Part shown: positions 19,117 to 30,066 of the stretch, piece after piece
How positions within the stretch are numbered: position 1 is the stretch's first letter
How the letters are laid out: every line of letters begins with the position of its first letter
NCBI GenBank assembly: GCA_965214445.1
Contig: CBDCBU010000001.1
Span: forward strand, 1,235,601 to 1,299,600
Origin: Pontixanthobacter sp.
Lineage (GTDB): Bacteria > Pseudomonadota > Alphaproteobacteria > Sphingomonadales > Sphingomonadaceae
DNA: 64,000 nucleotides
Direction of reading: 5' to 3'
Program-made: the position numbers and the translations under genes
The notes under the pieces: model-generated
Database searches by the model: none
The model's input: the letters and a program-made list of their open reading frames with translations, nothing else
Told to the model about the DNA's origin: nothing

Positions 19117-21276
19117 TCAATTCGCAGGTTCGTCGCTGACCTGCGGTTCACGCCTTCCGGGATTGAGCGAAATACCTTCGCGATCGACCCGCAGATCGAC
19201 CGGCACCCCTTCGATCTCCGTCGTGACCGTCACGCCCTCCCCGTCGCCGATGCGCAGGCGCGTTCCGTTCTCGTCGAGCGGTATGTCGTCGATATCCGGT
19301 ACATCCATCGGTTCGACCGGCCCTTCGGGATCGGTCGCGCGTTGCGGCGCAGGACGTGGACGGTCGCCGATGGCCTGGCTCATGAAGTCGCGCCAGACGC
19401 GCGCGGGCAGCCCGCCGCCGCCGATATCGCCGAGCGGGCTGTTGTCGTCATTGCCCACCCATACTCCGACGACCAGATCGCCCGCATAACCGACAAACAC
19501 GGCGTCGCGGTTGTTCTGGCTGGTGCCGGTCTTGCCGAAAGCCGGTCGCGACAACGCCGCCGCCCGCCCCGTGCCACCGTCGATAACCGCGCGCAGCATG
19601 GCTTCGATATCCGCATGGTTGCGCCGCGACAGGCTGTTGGACGACCCGGTCGCCCAATCCAGCCATCCGGTTTCCCTTGCGGGAAAAGCGACGGGTTCGA
19701 TGGGGAAGCGATTGGCTGCGACCCCCGCATAGGCGGCGGTCAGTTCCAGCAGGGTCAGGGTTGAAGTGCCCAATGCGGCGCTCGGATCGCCCGGCGTGAT
19801 CGGGGCGGTAATACCGAAATCACGTGCCGTGCGGGTTACGGCTTCGCTACCCAACTGCCGGTAAAGCCGGACCGCCGCGACGTTGCTCGACTGCGCGAAC
19901 GCGTCGCGCAGCGTGATCGTGTCGGAATAGCGACCGCGCGCGTTCCTGGGTCGATAGCCGCCGGTGTCGATCACGCTGTTGTCGAGCAGATCGTCCGGCT
20001 GCATCCCTTCGCTCAGAGCGGTAAGGTAGACGAACAGCTTGAAGGTCGATCCCGGTTGCCGTCGCGCCTGCGTCACCCGGTTGAATGGCGACGTCGCATA
20101 ATCCTTCCCCCCGATCATCGCCACGACTTCGCCGTTGGATCGCATGGCTACCAGCGCGATCTGCGCCCCGCCCAGCGGTGCGCGCGCCACCACGGTCTTG
20201 GCGACATTCTGGAGTCGAGAATCGAGCGTGGTCGCGATCGTCTGACTGGCGTAGCCGCCCGCCACCTGCTTGCGCGCTTCGGGCAATGCCCAGTCGGCGA
20301 AATAGGTGCCGGTGGGGAGATCGTAGGCCGTGCGGGAATCGATCGCCGGCGCTTTCATCGCATTTGCCTCGGCCTGCGAGACGTAACCGGCTGCGACCAG
20401 CGCGTCCTTGACCAGGCCCATCCGCTTGACCGCCCGTTCGTAATGGCGGGTCGGCGCATAGCGTGACGGGGCCTGGACCAGCCCCGCCAGCATCGCCGCC
20501 TGCGCCGGTTTCAGCTTTTCCGGCTTGCGGTAGAAATAATGCAGCGACGCCGCACGCAGCCCGTAGACATTGTCGCCGAAATAGGCGTTCGACAGATAGC
20601 GTTCGAGTATCTCGTCCTTGGTCAGCCAGCTTTCGAGCCAGAAGGCGATAAGCATCTCGCGCGCCTTGCGCGACAGGCTGCGTTCGGGAGTGAGGAACGT
20701 GAACTTCGCCAGCTGCTGCGTGATCGTGCTGCCCCCGCCGACACCGGTCCAGGCGGCGCGGGCGATGCCGCGCGGATCGACCCCCCAGTGATCGTAGAAC
20801 CGCCGATCCTCGATCGCGAGGAAAGGCTCCACCACGTGATCGGGCAAGGCATCGATATCAACGGGTGCACCGGTGATTGCGCCGTTGCGGGCGATCGGCG
20901 TGCCATCGGCGGCCAACAAAGTTATCTGCGGCGGCGCGATCGGTTCCAGCGATTTGCCGAGTGGCGCGGTCACGGCGAGCCAGGCGACCATCGCAAGGAA
21001 CAGGGTTAGTAGGCTGAGGAATATCCGCCCCGCCCACCAGCGCTTGCGGCGGCCGCGCCAGTGATCGGGCTGATACCAGCGCGTGGCCGGCCGTTCGAGG
21101 GTGAAGGCGGCGTCGATCCGCCCCAGATCCCGATCCCAACGGTCGAAATCCCGCCCATCCCCGTCGTCGTCCAGCCCCCAGCCGCCACGGGTATCCTCGG
21201 TTGCAAAATACCGATCACCCCCCGGCCGTCGTTCGACGTCCGCATTCCGTTCAAATTTCAAAAACCGCCCGAGCAT
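19117..21276 (-). CDS. PBP1A-family bifunctional penicillin-binding protein (transglycosylase/transpeptidase)
   Basis: GT51 motif EDRRFYDHWG and transpeptidase GSTFK. About 80-aa cytoplasmic N-terminal extension before the TM helix. Confidence 0.9.
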   Translation of the reverse strand: MLGRFLKFERNADVERRPGGDRYFATEDTRGGWGLDDDGDGRDFDRWDRDLGRIDAAFTLERPATRWYQPDHWRGRRKRWWAGRIFLSLLTLFLAMVAWLAVTAPLGKSLEPIAPPQITLLAADGTPIARNGAITGAPVDIDALPDHVVEPFLAIEDRRFYDHWGVDPRGIARAAWTGVGGGSTITQQLAKFTFLTPERSLSRKAREMLIAFWLESWLTKDEILERYLSNAYFGDNVYGLRAASLHYFYRKPEKLKPAQAAMLAGLVQAPSRYAPTRHYERAVKRMGLVKDALVAAGYVSQAEANAMKAPAIDSRTAYDLPTGTYFADWALPEARKQVAGGYASQTIATTLDSRLQNVAKTVVARAPLGGAQIALVAMRSNGEVVAMIGGKDYATSPFNRVTQARRQPGSTFKLFVYLTALSEGMQPDDLLDNSVIDTGGYRPRNARGRYSDTITLRDAFAQSSNVAAVRLYRQLGSEAVTRTARDFGITAPITPGDPSAALGTSTLTLLELTAAYAGVAANRFPIEPVAFPARETGWLDWATGSSNSLSRRNHADIEAMLRAVIDGGTGRAAALSRPAFGKTGTSQNNRDAVFVGYAGDLVVGVWVGNDDNSPLGDIGGGGLPARVWRDFMSQAIGDRPRPAPQRATDPEGPVEPMDVPDIDDIPLDENGTRLRIGDGEGVTVTTEIEGVPVDLRVDREGISLNPGRREPQVSDEPAN

Positions 21277-21417
21277 CGCTGCTGTATTAACTTGCCAACA
21301 CAGTCATGGCGAGTGCTTTCGTCTGTTCGACACCCGATACAGGCCGACGCCCGGGATCGTGTCCGGTCTGCGTTTAGAGAAAATTCGCCTGCGCAGCCGT
21401 AGTCATCGCGATCCTGG

Positions 21418-22398
21418 TTATTTCGCCATCACGCTTTCCGGCAGCTCCTTGCCGAAAACGCGCTGGTAATATTCCGCCACCAGCATCCGCTCCGCCTCGT
21501 CGCATTTGTTGAGGAAGCTCAGGCGGAAGGCGAAGCCTACGTCCTTGAATATCGCAGTATTCTGCGCCCAGGTTATCACCGTCCGCGGACTCATGACGGT
21601 GGAAATATCGCCGTTCATGAAACCCTGCCGCGAAAGATCCGCAACTTTTATCATGTCGGCGATCTGTTTCGGGTCGGCTTCCGGGTTCTTGGACGCGACG
21701 ATCTCCTGTTCGGTTTCGGCGGGCAGGTAATTCAGTCCGACGACGATGTTCCAGCGGTCCATCTGCCCCTGGTTGATCGCCTGCGTCCCGTGGTAAAGCC
21801 CGCTGGTATCGCCCAGCCCGACCGTATTGGCGGTGGCGAACAGGCGGAAACCGGCGTCGGGGCGGATCACGCGGTTCTGGTCGAGCAACGTCAGCTTCCC
21901 CTCCGCCTCCAGCACGCGCTGGATGACGAACATCACGTCCGGCCGACCGGCGTCGTATTCGTCGAACACCAACGCGACCGGATGTTGCAACGCCCACGGC
22001 AGCAACCCTTCGCGAAACTCGGTTACCTGCAACCCGTCGCGCAGCACGATCGCGTCGCGCCCGACCAGATCGATCCGGCTGATATGCGCATCGAGATTGA
22101 TGCGGATGCACGGCCAGTTGAGGCGCGCGGCGACCTGTTCGATATGGGTCGATTTGCCGGTGCCGTGGTACCCCTGCACCATCACCCGCCGATCATGCGC
22201 GAAGCCGGCCAGGATCGCCAGGGTCGTGTCGGGATCGAAGACATAGCCATCGTCCCGGTCGGGCACGCGTTCGTCCGCCTCGCTGAAAGCGGGCACCTGC
22301 CAGTCGATATCGATGCCGAACACGTCGCGCACGTCGACCGTGATGTCGGGGGCAGCCATCGATGTCCTGGAAGTCGGGTCGAAAGTCTTGTCTGTCAT
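21418..22398 (-). CDS. cobS: CobS-type AAA+ ATPase (cobaltochelatase subunit S family)
   Basis: ATG at 22398 (MTDKTFDP...) within tracked ORF 21418..22545. Walker [10 protein letters not shown], Walker B LVFDEYD. Confidence 0.88.
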   Translation of the reverse strand: MTDKTFDPTSRTSMAAPDITVDVRDVFGIDIDWQVPAFSEADERVPDRDDGYVFDPDTTLAILAGFAHDRRVMVQGYHGTGKSTHIEQVAARLNWPCIRINLDAHISRIDLVGRDAIVLRDGLQVTEFREGLLPWALQHPVALVFDEYDAGRPDVMFVIQRVLEAEGKLTLLDQNRVIRPDAGFRLFATANTVGLGDTSGLYHGTQAINQGQMDRWNIVVGLNYLPAETEQEIVASKNPEADPKQIADMIKVADLSRQGFMNGDISTVMSPRTVITWAQNTAIFKDVGFAFRLSFLNKCDEAERMLVAEYYQRVFGKELPESVMAK

Positions 22399-22457
22399 AT
22401 GGCCGCAACGCCTAGCCAAGCGGAGGGGTCCGCGCAACACCTCGCGATCATGCCAAT

Positions 22458-23354
22458 TTGCCCATGATGGATGCAATCGCGTGGCGCCATCCCCATACAG
22501 GACCGATGGCCATGGACCGCCCTTCCGAACATATTCGCGCCGCACTGATCAACCGGGTGCGCGCGGTGTTCAACGATGCCGACAGCGCGCAAGAGCCGGT
22601 GCCGCCATCCAACGATGCCTATTTCGCGAAGGACACGCCAATCCGCATGGTGCATGCGGATGCGGTGTCGATGATGATCGGCGGCATCCGGTCCCTGCTG
22701 CTCCAGATGCTGCACCCCCACGCGCTGCAGGGTGTCCTCGATCATTCCAACTTTCGCAGCGACATGCATGGCCGGCTGCAGCGCACCGCGCGATTCATCG
22801 CGGTGACGACATTCGGCCATCGCGACAAAGCGGATGCGATCATCGCGCGGGTCAATCGCATCCACGAACAGGTGAACGGGACGCTGCCCGACGGCACGCC
22901 CTATTCCGCGCGCGATCCCGAAACGCTGGCCTGGGTCCATGTGGCGGAGGCGCTGAGTTTCCTGGAAGCGTATCTGCACTATGTCCGCCCTTCGATGCCG
23001 ATGGCCGAACAGGATGAGTATTTTCGCCAGTTCGCGGTGATCGCCCGCAAGCTGGGTTGCGATCCGGTGCCGGAGACGAAGGCCGATGCGGAAACGCTCA
23101 TGCGGCAGTTCCGCCCGCAATTGCGATCCAGCGCGGAAGCGATCGAGGTGGCCGATCTGGTGCTCAACCAGAAACCCGAAGGCGCCCCGCCGGCCGTCCA
23201 AAAAATTCTCGGCACGGCGGCGGTCGATCTGTTGCCGTCGTTCGCCCGGCCGATGCTGGAATTGAAACGCCCCGGGCTGGAACGCCTGCCCGTGCGCATC
23301 GCAGCGGCATCCGTCGGCCGAACCCTGCGCTGGGCGTTTCGGCAGAACGGTTGA
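22458..23354 (+). CDS. MpaB/DUF2236 family oxygenase-like protein
   Basis: 298 aa, [20 protein letters not shown] and RLQRTARFI blocks typical of DUF2236. Start uncertain. Confidence 0.68.
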   Translation: MPMMDAIAWRHPHTGPMAMDRPSEHIRAALINRVRAVFNDADSAQEPVPPSNDAYFAKDTPIRMVHADAVSMMIGGIRSLLLQMLHPHALQGVLDHSNFRSDMHGRLQRTARFIAVTTFGHRDKADAIIARVNRIHEQVNGTLPDGTPYSARDPETLAWVHVAEALSFLEAYLHYVRPSMPMAEQDEYFRQFAVIARKLGCDPVPETKADAETLMRQFRPQLRSSAEAIEVADLVLNQKPEGAPPAVQKILGTAAVDLLPSFARPMLELKRPGLERLPVRIAAASVGRTLRWAFRQNG

Positions 23355-23409
23355 TCGGCGGCTTGAGCTGTCGCCAAAGTGGCGAAATTATGCGATCAGG
23401 TGCCACACA

Positions 23410-23997
23410 TCAATCGAACGCCGCCGCCTTTCGCAGCAACTGATACGCCTCCACCACTCTGGTCAGCCGCGCCTCGTGACTGCGGTCGCCGCCATTGCGG
23501 TCGGGGTGGAACTGGCGGACGAGATCGGAATAGCGGCGGCGCAGTTTGGCCCGGTCGATATCGGGTTTCAGCCCCATAACGGTCAGCGCCTCGCGCTCCA
23601 TCGGCGTGAAGCGTTCGAACGTCTCGCGCTTGCCCGCGGCACGGGCGCGAATGCCCGCCGCCCGGCCGCCAATCGCGTCCAGCGGATCGCTGAAATCGGC
23701 CCAGCGCGGGGTATCGCCGATCCCGGCATCGGGGCGGAAAGTGCGGCTTTCGGAGGCCCAGCCGGCGGCGGGGGATTGGGCGGCGAAAATCTGTTCCGCA
23801 TTCATGCCTTCGAACCAGTCGTAACCCGCGTTGAATTCGCGCACATGGTCGAGGCAGAACCAGCGCCAATCTCCCGGCCCGTCAGAGCCGCTGCCACGGC
23901 GGCCCGGTGCACGAAACTCGCCTTCCTCGCGGCAGCCGGGGAATTCGCATTCTTGCCCGTTACCGGCAAACCGCCCATGGAACCTGTCGCCGCGCAT
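23410..23997 (-). CDS. J domain-containing protein with N-terminal Cys/His cluster
   Basis: C-terminal J domain with HPD (LVRQFHPDRNGG). N-terminal ECEFPGC...FCLDH. ATG at 23997 within tracked ORF 23410..24102. Confidence 0.8.
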   Translation of the reverse strand: MRGDRFHGRFAGNGQECEFPGCREEGEFRAPGRRGSGSDGPGDWRWFCLDHVREFNAGYDWFEGMNAEQIFAAQSPAAGWASESRTFRPDAGIGDTPRWADFSDPLDAIGGRAAGIRARAAGKRETFERFTPMEREALTVMGLKPDIDRAKLRRRYSDLVRQFHPDRNGGDRSHEARLTRVVEAYQLLRKAAAFD

Positions 23998-24074
23998 AGG
24001 GGTTGATGATGGGGAGCGTTTGGCGAATTGCAAATAATGCGGATGAATGCCGCCGGAAAAACAGGAGCGTGGGA

Positions 24075-24359
24075 ATGGGCATCGCGGACGAGATGGAAAC
24101 ACTGTTGCGCGGGGCGTTCGCGCCCACGAAGCTCGACATCGTCAACGACAGCGCGGCGCATTCGGGCCATTCGGGCGACGACGGCAGCGGCGAATCCCAT
24201 TTCACCATCCACATCGAAAGCGATCATTTCCAGGGCGTCTCCCGCCTCAATCGGCAGCGCATGGTCAACGGTGCGCTGGGCGATATTCCCGGGGATCGAG
24301 TACACGCGCTGGCGATCAAGGCGAGCGCACCTTCGACGGATGGCGGCGAAGCTGCATGA
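24075..24359 (+). CDS. bolA: BolA family protein
   Basis: 94 aa, VNDSAAHSGH...HFTIHIESDHFQGVSRLNRQRMV. Confidence 0.85.
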   Translation: MGIADEMETLLRGAFAPTKLDIVNDSAAHSGHSGDDGSGESHFTIHIESDHFQGVSRLNRQRMVNGALGDIPGDRVHALAIKASAPSTDGGEAA

Positions 24360-25237
24360 TTACGCAAACGCTCACTCCCACGACCCACGATCTCGGGCAG
24401 TTCGAGGTGCGGCGCGTGTTGCCGTCCCGTTCGCGGACGATGGTCGGCCCGTTCATCTTCGTCGACCAGTTCGGTCCCGCATCGCTCGATATCGGCAGCG
24501 GCATGGATGTCCGCCCGCATCCGCATATCAACCTGTCGACCGTCACGTGGCTGTTCGAAGGGGCGATCGATCACCGTGACAGTCTGGGAAGTTTCTCGAC
24601 CATCCGGCCGGGTCAGGTCAATCTGATGACGGCTGGGCGCGGGATCGTGCATTCCGAACGCAGCCCGGACGCGGAACGCCATGCCGGACCGCGCCTTTAT
24701 GGCATGCAGACCTGGCTTGCGCTGCCCGACGGCAGGGAGGAAATCGACCCTGCGTTCGAAGCGGTCGCCGATCTTCCCGTGATCGAACATGGCGATACGA
24801 AGGCGACCGTCATCATGGGCGAATTGTGGGGCCAGCGCGCCGCCACCACGACCCATGCCGATACGATCTATGCCGAAATCACGCTGGGCGAAAACGGGCG
24901 TATTCCGATCGATGCCGATGCGGATGAACGCGCGATCATGCTGGTCGGCGGGGAAGGCGCGATCGACGGTCGCGCGCTGGACCTTTATACGCTCTATGTT
25001 CTCAAACCGGGGGAAACGGTTGCGTTGACGAGCGCCAATGGTGGTCGCGCGATGCTGATGGGGGGCGAAGCCTTTAAGACCAAGCGCCATGTCTGGTGGA
25101 ACTTCGTGAGCTCCAACCGCGAACGGATCGAACAGGCGAAGGACGATTGGCGTCAGGGTCGCTTCGCGCCGGTACCCGACGACGACGAGCGCATACCCTT
25201 GCCCGACGGGGCGCCCAAAACGGTGAGCTACCCATGA
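24356..25237 (+). CDS. Pirin family protein
   Basis: ATG at 24356 (MITQTLTPT...) within tracked ORF 24047..25237. Cupin metal site RPHPHINLSTVTWLFEG. ATGA overlap with bolA. Confidence 0.88.
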   Translation: MITQTLTPTTHDLGQFEVRRVLPSRSRTMVGPFIFVDQFGPASLDIGSGMDVRPHPHINLSTVTWLFEGAIDHRDSLGSFSTIRPGQVNLMTAGRGIVHSERSPDAERHAGPRLYGMQTWLALPDGREEIDPAFEAVADLPVIEHGDTKATVIMGELWGQRAATTTHADTIYAEITLGENGRIPIDADADERAIMLVGGEGAIDGRALDLYTLYVLKPGETVALTSANGGRAMLMGGEAFKTKRHVWWNFVSSNRERIEQAKDDWRQGRFAPVPDDDERIPLPDGAPKTVSYP

Positions 25238-26058
25238 CTTTCGACGATCGGACCGTCTGGATCACCGGCGCGTCGTCCGGCATCGGCGCGGCGCTGGCGC
25301 GCGAATGGTCGGCGCGCGGGGCACCGGTAATCCTGTCGGGCCGCGATCGCGCACGGCTGGACGACATGGCGGGCCAGCTTGACACGCCGACACTGTGCCT
25401 TCCATTCGATGTTCGCGATGACGAGGCGATGCGCGCCGCGACGCAGCAGGCGGTCGATTGGCGCGGCGGAGTAGACATATTCGTCGCCAATGCCGGCGTG
25501 TCGCAGCGCAGCCGTGCGACGAGAACCGACATGCGCGTCTATCGCGACATCATCGACATCGACCTGGTCGCGCAGATCGCCGCGACACAGGCATTGCTGC
25601 CGCATTTCGAACGGCGCGGATTGGGGCGGCTGGTGTTCATTTCCTCCATCGCCGGCAAGGTCGGCGTGCCCATGCGGACCGCCTATTGCGCGGCGAAATT
25701 CGGGCTGATCGGCTATGCCGACGCGCTGCGGGCGGAATTGTCCATGCACGGGGTCGATGTGCATGTCGTGGCCCCCGGTTCCATCGCAACGAATGTGTCG
25801 CGCAACGCGCTGGACGCATCGGGCAATGCGCGCGGGCGAAGCGATGCGGTGATCGACAATGGCATTCCGGCGGACGAGGCGGCGCGCACGATCATCGACG
25901 CCATCGCGCTCAACCAGCGGGAGATCATCGTGGCGCGCGGCGCGGAGGAAGCGATGGGCGAATTGCGGCGGACGCCCGACCAGCTGATGGACCAGATGGC
26001 CCGCATGGTCGCCGATGGCTACATGGAGAAGATGGAGGCGGATGATGGAACCGAGTGA
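25234..26058 (+). CDS. SDR family oxidoreductase
   Basis: WITGASSGIGAALA Rossmann motif and YCAAK catalytic motif. ATGA overlap with the pirin gene. Confidence 0.9.
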   Translation: MTFDDRTVWITGASSGIGAALAREWSARGAPVILSGRDRARLDDMAGQLDTPTLCLPFDVRDDEAMRAATQQAVDWRGGVDIFVANAGVSQRSRATRTDMRVYRDIIDIDLVAQIAATQALLPHFERRGLGRLVFISSIAGKVGVPMRTAYCAAKFGLIGYADALRAELSMHGVDVHVVAPGSIATNVSRNALDASGNARGRSDAVIDNGIPADEAARTIIDAIALNQREIIVARGAEEAMGELRRTPDQLMDQMARMVADGYMEKMEADDGTE

Positions 26059-26959
26059 CCAGAACATGACGCGCGTGACCTTGCCCTCCGGGATCGAACT
26101 GGACGTGCAGGATGTCGGCCCGCGCGATGGCGAGGCTTTGGTGTTCCTTCACGGTTTTCCCGAATCGCACCGCACCTGGCGGCACCAAATCGCTCATTTC
26201 TCGGATCGCTATCGCTGCATCGCGCCCGATCAGCGAGGCTATCGCAATTCGTCCAGGCCGAAGGGCGCCGATCATTACGCGCCGGACAGGCTGATCGGGG
26301 ACGTGTTCCAGATGGCGGATGCGCTGGGGGTCGAGACGTTCACGGTTCTGGGCCACGACTGGGGCGGCGCGATCGCCTGGGGCACGGCGCTGCGTGGTCA
26401 AGCGAGGGGGCAGGCCGATGGCCGCGTCACCCGCGCCGTGATCGCCAACGCGCCGCACCCGTCGATCTTCGGCAAGCTGCTCTACACCCATCCGGGCCAG
26501 AGGGAGGCGAGCCAGTACATCCGCAGCTTCCGCGATCCCGCGACCGACGATTATGTCCGCGAACTCGGCTTGGCGGCGCTGCTGAAGCGGGAGCTGAAAT
26601 GGGATCGCGCGCCCGACATGGGCGAGCACGAACGCGCGCGGCAGATGGAGGACTGGTCCGATCCCGAAACCGGCATCGCCATGCTGAACTGGTACCGCGC
26701 CAGCCCGATGGACGTGCCGCCGATGGATGCGCCCTTCGCGCTGCCCGAAGGCTACGCACCGCCGACGGTGCCAAATCTCAGCATTCCCACGCTGGTCATC
26801 TGGGCGATGAACGATATGGCTCTGCCGCCCGCCAATCTCGACGGGCTCGACGTTCTGGTGGAAGATCTCACGATCGAGCGCGTGCCCGATTGCGGACATT
26901 TCGTGACGTGGGAGAAGCCGGACGCGGTCAATGCCGCGATCGACAGGTTCCTGGCCTAG
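26042..26959 (+). CDS. Alpha/beta hydrolase (epoxide-hydrolase-like)
   Basis: VFLHGFPESHRTW and GHDWGGAIAW motifs. Start overlaps the SDR stop by 17 nt. Confidence 0.85.
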   Translation: MMEPSDQNMTRVTLPSGIELDVQDVGPRDGEALVFLHGFPESHRTWRHQIAHFSDRYRCIAPDQRGYRNSSRPKGADHYAPDRLIGDVFQMADALGVETFTVLGHDWGGAIAWGTALRGQARGQADGRVTRAVIANAPHPSIFGKLLYTHPGQREASQYIRSFRDPATDDYVRELGLAALLKRELKWDRAPDMGEHERARQMEDWSDPETGIAMLNWYRASPMDVPPMDAPFALPEGYAPPTVPNLSIPTLVIWAMNDMALPPANLDGLDVLVEDLTIERVPDCGHFVTWEKPDAVNAAIDRFLA

Positions 26960-28061
26960 GCCCCGAACCACTCCGCCCATTCGCCATGCGGATGGCCGCA
27001 CCCCAGCAGCGCGCGTTCCTCACCGCCCGGCCAGTACCGCACATGCAACTCGTGTGCGAAGGTCTCGCGGTTGGTTTCAAGCGCGACCCACGCCAGCGGT
27101 TTCTCCGCCGTAGCTTTGCCGCCCGCCGCCTCCATCGCCTCGGTGATCGCTTCTCGTGTGGCCTGCGGCAGATATTGCCAGACGATCGAATGACACAGGA
27201 CACGCGTGGTGCCTTCGACCTGCGGGCGAGCGAGCCGGTCGGCGACGAAGGACGCCGCATCCGCCCTGACAAGATCGGGAGGGCTTTCCCACGCCAACCG
27301 CACCGCTGCCTCGATCCGCGCCATGCGCGCGGTCGCTTCGGGCCAGACATAGCTTTTGAGGCGCAACGCCGCCGCCGGGTCGGTCAGGTCGACCGGCGAC
27401 AGATCGCACCCCGCGATGTCCGCAATCGACACCGGCGCATCCGGCGGGGGCGGTCCGCGCCATTCCGGCTCGATCCGCATCATGGCATTCTTCCGGACCG
27501 ACCACGACGCCCCCGAGATCGAACCGGTAGCGGTCCATCATCGTGTTGACGCCCGCACTCGCGCCGATTTCGAACAGTTCGAAGCGCGGGTTTCCCTTCG
27601 AACCCATGCGCGCCGACAGCCACAACAGCGCGGCCATGAAGGCCCATGACCGCCCCGCCTCGTTCGTCTGCGGCGGTCCGTCGAGCCATGGCAGAAGCCG
27701 CGCGTCGTAGGTTTTCACCAGATCGCTTACCAAGTTATCTATCTGGCCCTGATCGGTCGTCAGCCCGGCATAGACCGGCGCCAGCCGCCGATCCTGCGCC
27801 CGTCAGCAACAGATTATGCAGCCCGCCATGGATGCGCAGCGGCATGGCATCCTGCAGGGTCAGCCCCTCCCACCCCGCCATCCGCCTTCCGACGGCGGTG
27901 TCCGTGTCCAGCACCGCCAACAGGCCGCGGATGATGCGCGCAATGCCGGTCGCCCCGGCCTTCGCCGCATGATCCGCCTGCCATTCGATCGCCTGTGGAA
28001 TGTCCCTGATGGCCATCACGCCGCCATAGTCAGCGCCGACATCGCTATCCGATTCAGCCAT
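26956..28061 (-). pseudogene. DUF2332 family gene interrupted by two frameshifts
   Basis: Three tracked ORFs in three frames (27735..28061, 27077..27733, 26956..27483) read as one colinear DUF2332-like protein. Key blocks: ...PLRIHGGLHNLLLTG / RAQDRRLAPVY...PQTNEAGR...EIGASAGVN...DRYRFDLGG / RIEPEWRG...GCDLSPVDL...WQYLP. Confidence 0.65.
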
Positions 28062-28102
28062 CCATTGCCCTTTCCAGCGCCCTTGCCTATCTGCGGCGCA
28101 TC

Positions 28103-28780
28103 ATGACAGATGCGCTGACTTTCGCCATTCCCAAGGGCCGTATACTCGACCAAGCGCTGCCCGTCATGGCCCGTGCGGGGGTGGAGCCGGCGGCGGCATT
28201 TCACGACAAGGCGGATCGCAGCCTCAGCTTCGACACCAACCGCCCCGACATGCGGATCATCCGCGTACGCGCGTTCGACGTAGCGACTTTCGTCGCGCAT
28301 GGAGCGGCGCAGATGGGGATCGTAGGCAGCGACGTGATCGAGGAGTTCGACTACTCGGACCTTTACGCGCCGGTCGATCTCGATATCGGGCACTGCCACC
28401 TCGCCGTGGCCGAACCGGCGGAAGGACCGGAGCCGGTTCGGGGCGCGAGCCATCTGCGCGTGGCGACCAAATACCCGAACATCACCCGCCGCCATTTCGA
28501 AGCACGAGGCATTCAGGCGGAATGCGTCAAACTGAACGGCGCGATGGAGCTTGCGCCCGCTTTGGGGCTGGCCGGACGGATCGTCGACCTGGTGTCGACC
28601 GGCGCGACGCTGAAGCAGAACGGGCTTGTCGAACGCGATACGATCCTGCAGATTTCCGCGCGGCTGATCGTCAATCGCGCTGCATGGAAGACGGACAGGC
28701 GCGTCGCCGAGCTGGTCGACATATTCCGCGCCATCGCCGATGAAGCCGCTGCGAAACGGAACGTCCGATGCGCAAGCTGA
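28103..28780 (+). CDS. hisG: ATP phosphoribosyltransferase, short (HisZ-dependent) form
   Basis: 225 aa, [20 protein letters not shown]..., [14 protein letters not shown]. Confidence 0.92.
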   Translation: MTDALTFAIPKGRILDQALPVMARAGVEPAAAFHDKADRSLSFDTNRPDMRIIRVRAFDVATFVAHGAAQMGIVGSDVIEEFDYSDLYAPVDLDIGHCHLAVAEPAEGPEPVRGASHLRVATKYPNITRRHFEARGIQAECVKLNGAMELAPALGLAGRIVDLVSTGATLKQNGLVERDTILQISARLIVNRAAWKTDRRVAELVDIFRAIADEAAAKRNVRCAS

Positions 28781-30066
28781 CTTTCGGCGATCCGGGCTTC
28801 GAACGCGCTTTCGCCGCGATCGTGAACGACCGGCGCGAAAGCGATGCGGACGTGGCGGGTCGCGTATCCTCCATCCTGTCCGACATGCGGCGGGACGGCG
28901 AGGCGACGCTGATCCGGCTGACGCGCCAATTCGACGATCATGCGCTGGCGAACGACGCTGATTGGACGATCACTTCTACGCAATGCCGCGAAGCGTTCGA
29001 CGCGCTCGATCCGGCATTGCGGGACGCGTTGACGCTCGCCGCGGATCGCATACGCGCCTATCATCGCGGCCAATTGCCGCAGGACCGCGACCATACCGAC
29101 GATGTGGGCGTTCGCCTGGGAGCGCGGTGGAACGCCGTCGATGCGGCGGGCTTGTATGTGCCCGGCGGGCGGGCATCCTACCCATCGTCCCTGCTGATGA
29201 ACGCGATACCCGCCAAGGTTGCGGGCGTCGAACGGCTTGCAGTCGTGACGCCGACACCCGGCGGCGTCGTCGATGCGCTGGTGATGGCGGCGGCGCATGT
29301 GGCGGGTATCGACGAGATCTGGCGTGTCGGCGGCGCGCAGGCGGTGGGCGCGCTCGCCTATGGTACGCCGCGGATCGCTTCGGTCGACGTGATCGTCGGC
29401 CCCGGAAACGCCTATGTCGCGGAAGCGAAGCGCCAGCTTTACGGCGTGGTCGGCATCGACATGGTCGCGGGGCCGAGCGAGATACTGGTCATCGCTGACG
29501 CCGATAACGACCCCGACTGGATCGCCGCCGACCTTTTGTCGCAGGCGGAGCACGACCCCGCCGCGCAATCCATCCTCATCACCGACGATGACCGGTTCGC
29601 GATGCAGGTGGAAGACCGGATCGACGTGCAGTCGGCGCTACTCGCAACTGGCAAGGTGGCGCAAAAAAGCTGGGACAGCCACGGCGTCATCATCGTGGTA
29701 AACGATATGGCGCAAGCGATCCCGCTCGCCAACCGATTGGCAGCGGAGCATGTCGAACTGGCGGTCGCCGATCCGCAGCCGCTGTTCGACGGCATCCGCC
29801 ATGCTGGCAGTATTTTCATCGGGCGTCATGCGCCGGAGGCAGTGGGCGATTACGTTGCCGGACCGAACCACGTGCTGCCCACGGGTCGGCGCGCGCGTTT
29901 TTCCAGCGGGCTTTCGGTGCTGGACTTCATGAAACGGACAAGCTTCATTCAACTGGACCGCGCCGCGCTTGAAACGATCGGCCCCGCCGCGATCGCCCTC
30001 GCAAAGGCGGAGGGATTGCCGGCCCATGCGCGTTCCATCGCGTTACGGATCGAGAAGGGCGTATAA
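28768..30066 (+). CDS. hisD: Histidinol dehydrogenase
   Basis: 432 aa, QAEHDP and [13 protein letters not shown] blocks. Overlaps hisG by 13 nt. Confidence 0.95.
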   Translation: MRKLTFGDPGFERAFAAIVNDRRESDADVAGRVSSILSDMRRDGEATLIRLTRQFDDHALANDADWTITSTQCREAFDALDPALRDALTLAADRIRAYHRGQLPQDRDHTDDVGVRLGARWNAVDAAGLYVPGGRASYPSSLLMNAIPAKVAGVERLAVVTPTPGGVVDALVMAAAHVAGIDEIWRVGGAQAVGALAYGTPRIASVDVIVGPGNAYVAEAKRQLYGVVGIDMVAGPSEILVIADADNDPDWIAADLLSQAEHDPAAQSILITDDDRFAMQVEDRIDVQSALLATGKVAQKSWDSHGVIIVVNDMAQAIPLANRLAAEHVELAVADPQPLFDGIRHAGSIFIGRHAPEAVGDYVAGPNHVLPTGRRARFSSGLSVLDFMKRTSFIQLDRAALETIGPAAIALAKAEGLPAHARSIALRIEKGV

